A stretch of DNA of 64,000 nucleotides. Origin: Trichoplax sp. H2. Its lineage: Eukaryota. Below, one piece after another: positions 55,801 to 64,000 of the stretch. The notes below the pieces were generated by a model. The model did no database searches and was not told the origin of the DNA. It saw nothing but the letters and a program-made list of their open reading frames with translations. Made by a program: the position numbers and the translations under genes. Location of the stretch: positions 1,364,001 to 1,428,000 of the forward strand of contig NOWV01000001.1 of assembly GCA_003344405.1 (NCBI GenBank), given 5' to 3'. The stretch's first letter is position 1, and each line of letters starts with the position of its first letter.

Positions 55801-58800
55801 TTATAGATGCATAAAGTGCTTCCTCCACAATGCTGCTGTAGTACTACTACTTCGCAAAGTTGATCGTCTACGGTGCCCTTTAGGCTAATATTTAATCCAA
55901 GGAATTTCATTGTAACATTACATAAAGATTGTAGCTGAGAAAGAAAATATGAAGACAAAAACTTGTTATTATAATTATAACAAAGAATTCTTTTGTTGGT
56001 TTTAAATATTTGGTAAAGTTTAAATTTAAATCCAACGTAAATAAATGTATTTGATTGATCATGATGATTTTCTTTATTGACTTCTTACCTGCATTCGATT
56101 CCCAGCTACAAATCTTGTGTAAACTGGTATTTTAGGCTCTGATTTCTATTTCGAAAATAGTAGAATTGCATTTTAATCTCAGCCACAAAACAGTAAATTT
56201 AGCTATGGTTACACAGATATAACTGAAATTTGAAGACTATGTGATGAAACTTTATTAATACTAGTAGAAGTAGTAAAGAATAATTAAATTAACGAACTGT
56301 TTTCTTGAGTTTCCTCCTAGCGACCGATTTACGTGGAGAACGTTTCGGCTCTGGTGGCGGTCTTGGCTCTAAGGGTTTCGGTTTTAATAGGAGTTTTGAA
56401 TATGGCGATTCTAAGCTCCCTGGATCTGTTTTATACGAACCCCAAGCTGATGGGTCATCGAAAGGTTTAACCTCCGATATCTAAGATAGAAGGATTATTT
56501 TAAATCTTAGTTATCTCGATATAAATTGAATGTGAAGGAAACAGCAAAAGGATCGGCTATTAAGTAGGCATCTTTATTTAGACATTACTTACATCTTGAA
56601 AATGTGATACAACTTTATCCTCGTCCGACATGATTGTGTCAATAACTTCATGAAAGGCATTTTTACTAGTTTTTGATTTCCTAGGTTTACGAGCTACGGA
56701 TGCAGATAATCGACGACGTATTGGAGCTGTCTGTGGTCTTGGTGACAGTGCTATTATTTGCATATCTCTATCAGCATTCAAGTTTTTACTGCGTGATTCC
56801 TACCGTATGCAAATGAAAGTTATGTTATTTTCTATAGAAAGAATTATACCTTTTGTATTACCACTGAAGATCTATTAGATAGCGATAGTATAATAGGTAT
56901 CATATTAATATTATCAACATAAGTAATGAGTTATTTAATTTTAATGTAACGTCATCAAACTGAATATTTAATATCATCCAAAATTACCATAACATGCAAT
57001 ACTAATCTATTAAATTTCAATACCTTTATCCGATATTCAATGCAACTTATTATTATTATTATTAATGATCACATGTGCTTGGATTCAAATTGCGCTTTAC
57101 CTTGATATCTTTGATTATTTTATCTCTTGAAATTTCTTCTAGTTTATTTCTAATTAGTAATCGATGATTTTTCTATTCAGATAAGAATAAAAAGATCAAT
57201 GTAAGGTATAGGAAATTTCATTTTAAATCAATAGGATTATTTTAAATGTTGAGATCGTATTTTTTGATTAAATTTTTATCCATTATAATAATTATTATAA
57301 GTCAAAAATATTGTTATATTTGGATAAAATTATCTTAATATGACTTGTTAAATTATCTAATGTTATGTTTAGATATAATATTTTAGGCATCTACCTCCAT
57401 ATCAATCACTTTGTTTACAATAGCTGTTGCTAGGGCATCTTTTAAACGTCGCTTGTGCTCTTTACGAGCTATCTTTGCTCTCCAAGCTGCTTCATTAACC
57501 ACTTCACCTTGTTTTGTTATCTGAAGTAAATAGTGTTAATTTAGTATTATTATAACAGCTGATATGCTAGTTGTAGTGTTTAGCTTCTGTTTTATAATAT
57601 TACAATTTTGCTGCATAATGAAGTGGTAGTATAAAAATGAAAATTTTTTAATATGACAATTTTTCATACGTAGAATATATTATGGTAAATATAAGTTAAA
57701 GTTATGTCGGAATTTTATATTTATAATATCTCTAAATGCGATATTACAACGCTATATTGTTCGTATTGATGACAATCCTTAACCTTACAATTGATAAAAA
57801 AACTGTAAACAATTTTTAAATTGATGATAGCTGACTTACCAATCCAGTTTTTATTAGGTGCTTTCTTATTCTATTATTGGCAAAGTAGCCAGATAAATGT
57901 CTATCTAGTAGACTATTATAAGAACCTAAGGGACTATAATGCAAAGGTGATATTTAGTTAGAAAACATTTACTGTATGGGTAAAAAATCATATCCGAACT
58001 AATTGATAATATGGAATAGTCAGACAATGGCTAGAAAATCTAGAAATAATCGCATGTTGGACGTTCAATCGATAAAAAATAGAAATTGATTGACTTGAAC
58101 AAAGAACAATTTTAGGTTATCCTTGGTTGTTTTGATGTCTAGATCGTGAGTTTACAATAAAGTGATGGCATGACATGAACTCATTTTCATGGTATCGGTT
58201 TATCCACTTTAATCACTTGAATTAAGATGGCAGTCAAGTTTTTTAGTACGAAATACAATTATGGAATAGTGTACAATACATAGGAGAAATATAAAATTTA
58301 CTTTATATGCGAGTGTATATTTAAATTCATGTTATATCATTTTTGAAGTAATTCTTAGTTTAGGAATGATTATAATTGCAATTAATTGTATGAACACTAG
58401 ATCTGCTACTTTCCCTATTGAAGTAGATGATAATAAATCAGTCGGGATCAGTTGACGACAAGTAAGGTTATTGCAATTTGATTTTACTTCTGAATCAGTT
58501 TCTATTGCAATTATAATGAATTCAGTCACATTGGTATTATCAATACACTTTACAAAATTATGTACTAATATGTTAACGTCTTGAAACCGGGATATTAAAG
58601 GCAATTTGGACATCTTGTGCTTATCTTGATAGTTATCCATTACGAGGAAAAAATTTTAAGTTATCGTATTTTTATTGGTATACAATTAGTTCAATTAATT
58701 TTTGATAAGGAAATAGGGCGCTGACATTATATTATATATCATTACTAAATGATACGCTCTTAAAAAGTTGTATTAGTCTATGGGCTGATAAAATCTTAGT

Positions 58801-59710
58801 TTACTGTTAAGTATTGTCAATTTAAGTTAGGTTACACACTAAATTTAAATGATTGATAAATTCCAGTGGAGAAAATACAATTTTGGGTTTTGGTACTGAA
58901 TCATTCTGCTATTTCCTGTATTGCATATTGTATTGTTGTTCCAGAAAAGGTCTCGATCTTGGTAAATTGAAGATATGAAAGGAAGGCGTAGTAAAGGTAG
59001 TATATTGTTTTATTAATTCTAAGCTATCATAAACCACCGATATTACTACTTTATAATATACCGCAGTCTATTTGAAGGTATATATGTACAGTATGTGTGC
59101 CTACATGAACTAACGATCGTTTTTATACAAATTGTGTTCTAGTGGTTATTGATGGCTAATTCTATTGAGTTACCATTTGGAGTGTGTGGCTGCAAAAAGG
59201 TTTATGGAAATATACCAGTGATGTACCAGTAGTTTGGACCTGTCTGTTTATCACACTTGATCATCAATTTATGTACTGTAATATACTTCTTCTATTTTGT
59301 CAATCTATTAACAACGTTATAGTCGTTGATGTGATTTGATTCTGTAGTCATTTAGCGCTGGTAATAAGAGAATATTGGCAATCATTTGTATTAAAATAGG
59401 AGAAATCCACTTTTTCTTGACTGAAAGTTTTAATCGTACAGTTATATAATATAACATAATTGTGATAGTACGTGTTATTTTATAAATCAAACCTAATAAT
59501 ATCGATGATGTATGTAGAAAATAGAAAAACAAGAAAAACAAGGGACGACTAAAAGTATTAAAAACCGATCACTTTTTAAGGGTTTAAAAATGACATCCAA
59601 ATCACCTTAAGATAAATGTTATGAAGAACAAAAAGAGGTAAAGATGAACCTAGAATTTAGGTCTATCTATTTTAGAAGTACTTATACCTTTGATCAACTT
59701 GAAACATCAT
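49859..59710 (-). CDS. ERICH3: ERICH3 (DUF4590, glutamate-rich protein 3) homolog with a long acidic region, spliced in frame to a C-terminal RI-like LRR domain, ~18 exons
   Basis: Start exon 59710-59688 (MMFQVDQS) is followed by PLGSYNSLLDRHLSGYFANNRIRKHLIKTGL|ITKQGEVV...AIVNKVIDME, matching the ERICH3 N-terminus. DUF4590-like: VVLQQHCGGSTLCIYKGKL...FTSRRHRGSPFGLTVYVNG...SACCEYKHR...GAAPCYKC. Acidic exons include 53233-51260. Exons 51173-51103, 51019-50888, 50655-50564 and 50456-49859 encode LRRs (LNLNLNRIGPEGG, LHGNPLQDEG, LSLDYNRLGDEGA). All splice phases check out. Confidence 0.85.
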
Positions 59711-60019
59711 GTTACGGTTGAACACTGCTTTCCGTGCGTCCTCTTTAAAAAAATTTCTAAATGGAGTTTTTCAAACTGCAAACATCAAGAGTTATCTCCA
59801 AAGCCTGACTAGAAAAGGGTTTACTTTTACTTTATTTACGATCGTATGTTGGATAGTCAAAGTGAGTATTCTTATATCTGAATTAGGCTGCCGTAGTATC
59901 TATATACATACAAATGTATAATACATTGTATTTGTTTGGTTTGACTAGTATAGGTAGTAAAGATTTTAGAAGAGTTTCATCGGCTGGAAATTTTACCAGT
60001 AGTGTTCTGTACTGTTTAT

Positions 60020-60033
60020 GTTGTCATGGTTAC
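60020..60033. promoter_or_regulatory. RFX X-box upstream of ERICH3
   Basis: GTTGTCATGGTTAC (reverse complement GTAACC-AT-GACAAC) fits the X-box consensus and lies ~310 bp upstream of the ERICH3 ATG. Confidence 0.6.
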
Positions 60034-60282
60034 TGCAGAGCATGCGTATCATTTCAATTAATAAAGCAGCACTATGAAAAGGCTGCAGTCGCTAGGGAAT
60101 CTCGGCTATTATAAGAAGAATATTTGTATTTACCATTCTACACTCTTTATGAATAATCAGCTATCAATACTATTGAATAGTACAGTAATAATTTTAATTT
60201 TAAAGGTGTTATTTTTCTTTCTATTGATAACCAACTGTGTACTGCTTGCAGCGCTATCTGTGGCCAATTCATTATGCCGCAT

Positions 60283-60292
60283 TGACGTGGCA
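60283..60292 (+). promoter_or_regulatory. UPRE / XBP1-CREB3-type bZIP site
   Basis: TGACGTGGCA lies in the divergent ERICH3/STT3A intergenic region, ~1.3 kb upstream of the STT3A ATG. Confidence 0.4.
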
Positions 60293-61004
60293 CCTCAATC
60301 TTGCGTGGTATACGGTAGCGGGTAGCATTGATTCCGTGCACCGTCGATGAGTCAAAATAATTGGACGCTCTCCATAAAAATACATTCTATTCTATGAGCT
60401 TCCGTGTGATTAAGTGAAGCATAGCATGCAGTCGCCTAAGTTGATAGCCTGTATCCTTACACTGTACTGGTGTGGTACTCATCAATGCCTTCAAGGCCTT
60501 TGTGAGATTGGCTTCTGTACGCCATCGGAGTGCAAGAATAAAAACCGACTCTCTAGCCCTTGGGCATCAATACTGACAAGAGTACGTGTTTTCTTTTCAT
60601 TTCTATCATCGGCGTTTCAATTTCAATGCTTCATTCAGAGTAAATTCCCTTATTTTTGACTCAGTGAGTCCCTAGCTGTAGAGCGTCATCAGAGTCAATT
60701 GGGTCAAAGAAATCGGCTCGATAAATGCAATTGCTGACCAAAAGGCTGAGTCACCGACTGAATAGGAATCTCTATGTGGATTACTATTGACTTCTGGTCG
60801 TCGTTTACAATTAACTTATGAGTCTACAACACTGTCAGCTTTACACTGCACAGCAGAGTGGTGTCTATGTCACTATGCAGTACCATCGACTGTACTGTAG
60901 TGTCAATATCAGTCTAGTAATGTGATATTCCGACAGTGAAACACAAACTTGGCCTATTTACTTGGCGTTGAAATGGAAAATCGATGCTTTAGAATGCATA
61001 CAAC

Positions 61005-61285
61005 TGGTTCTGTTGAGAGCCATTTTATCGAAGTACAGTCGAGTTGGAATCATTCTGTCTGGGGCTGCTGTACAGTGTACAGTGTACAGTACTTTAGAAT
61101 GTACAGTACGACTCGTTCTGTTGAGAGCCGTTTTATACTGTAGAAGTACAGTACTGTACACTGTACAGGCGAGTTGGAACCATTCTGTCTGGGGCTACTG
61201 TACAGTACTGACTTTTCTCTACAGTACTGTACAGTACAATACAGTACAGTACAGTACATACTGTACTGTACACTGTACAGCAGTA
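61005..61285. repeat. TACAG/CTGTA-rich low-complexity tract with internal duplications
   Basis: Many tactgtacagta palindromic words are present. ttctgttgagagcc occurs twice, and gagttggaa(t/c)cattctgtctggggct occurs twice. Confidence 0.8.
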
Positions 61286-61604
61286 ACAATACCGTAATAG
61301 ACAACGTGTCATTCAATTTTGAAGTGGTGACTGAAGTGAATTGTCACGGGCGTCAGGTCTGTCATTCCGGGTGTCGTTCGTTGCAACAGCGGCATGCTCA
61401 CCCACCTCCCATCTACGTTTGACGTAGACTGTCGTGACCAGTGAGTGACTGTACTCTGTGTCTACTCACACAGTATACAGTACGGTCTGATAGTCTCGCT
61501 CGGTTAGTGGTGGAGCGCTTTAGTTTCGAGGAAGGAGTTGAATCCTTTACTGCTATCACTGGCCATTTTTTTTAGACATTAGATTAGGCAAAATTCAGTG
61601 AAAA

Positions 61605-64000
<2,396 letters not shown>

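Noticed and set aside
60949-61422. Several overlapping Y/C/T/V-rich ORFs on both strands
   Set aside because: Artefacts of the TACAG/CTGTA low-complexity tract.

Overview
AT-rich, intron-containing animal genomic DNA from a draft assembly, with three 20-N gaps at 4451-4470, 46701-46720 and 48208-48227. Gene density and short GT-AG introns suggest a compact early-branching metazoan genome such as the placozoan Trichoplax; this is inference only. I spliced eight protein genes by hand: RBM24/38 (+), a Cys-type SelO AMPylase with a signal-peptide-like N-terminus (-), an unknown ~4-TM protein ending in one TPR-like helical unit (+), an intronless 907-aa protein with five such units plus a C-terminal HPD J-like domain (+), DNAJC27/RBJ (+), SLC25A32 (-), ERICH3 spliced in frame to a C-terminal LRR domain (-), and the 5' part of STT3A (+). 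The main points of interest are the adjacent gene pair sharing a helical repeat (one member has an auxilin/Swa2-like layout with WxxFE motifs), the ERICH3-LRR fusion, the apparently secretory SelO, a ~405-bp segment captured in both orientations, X-box and UPRE motifs in promoters, and a cloverleaf-like fold in a putative STT3A 5'UTR intron.
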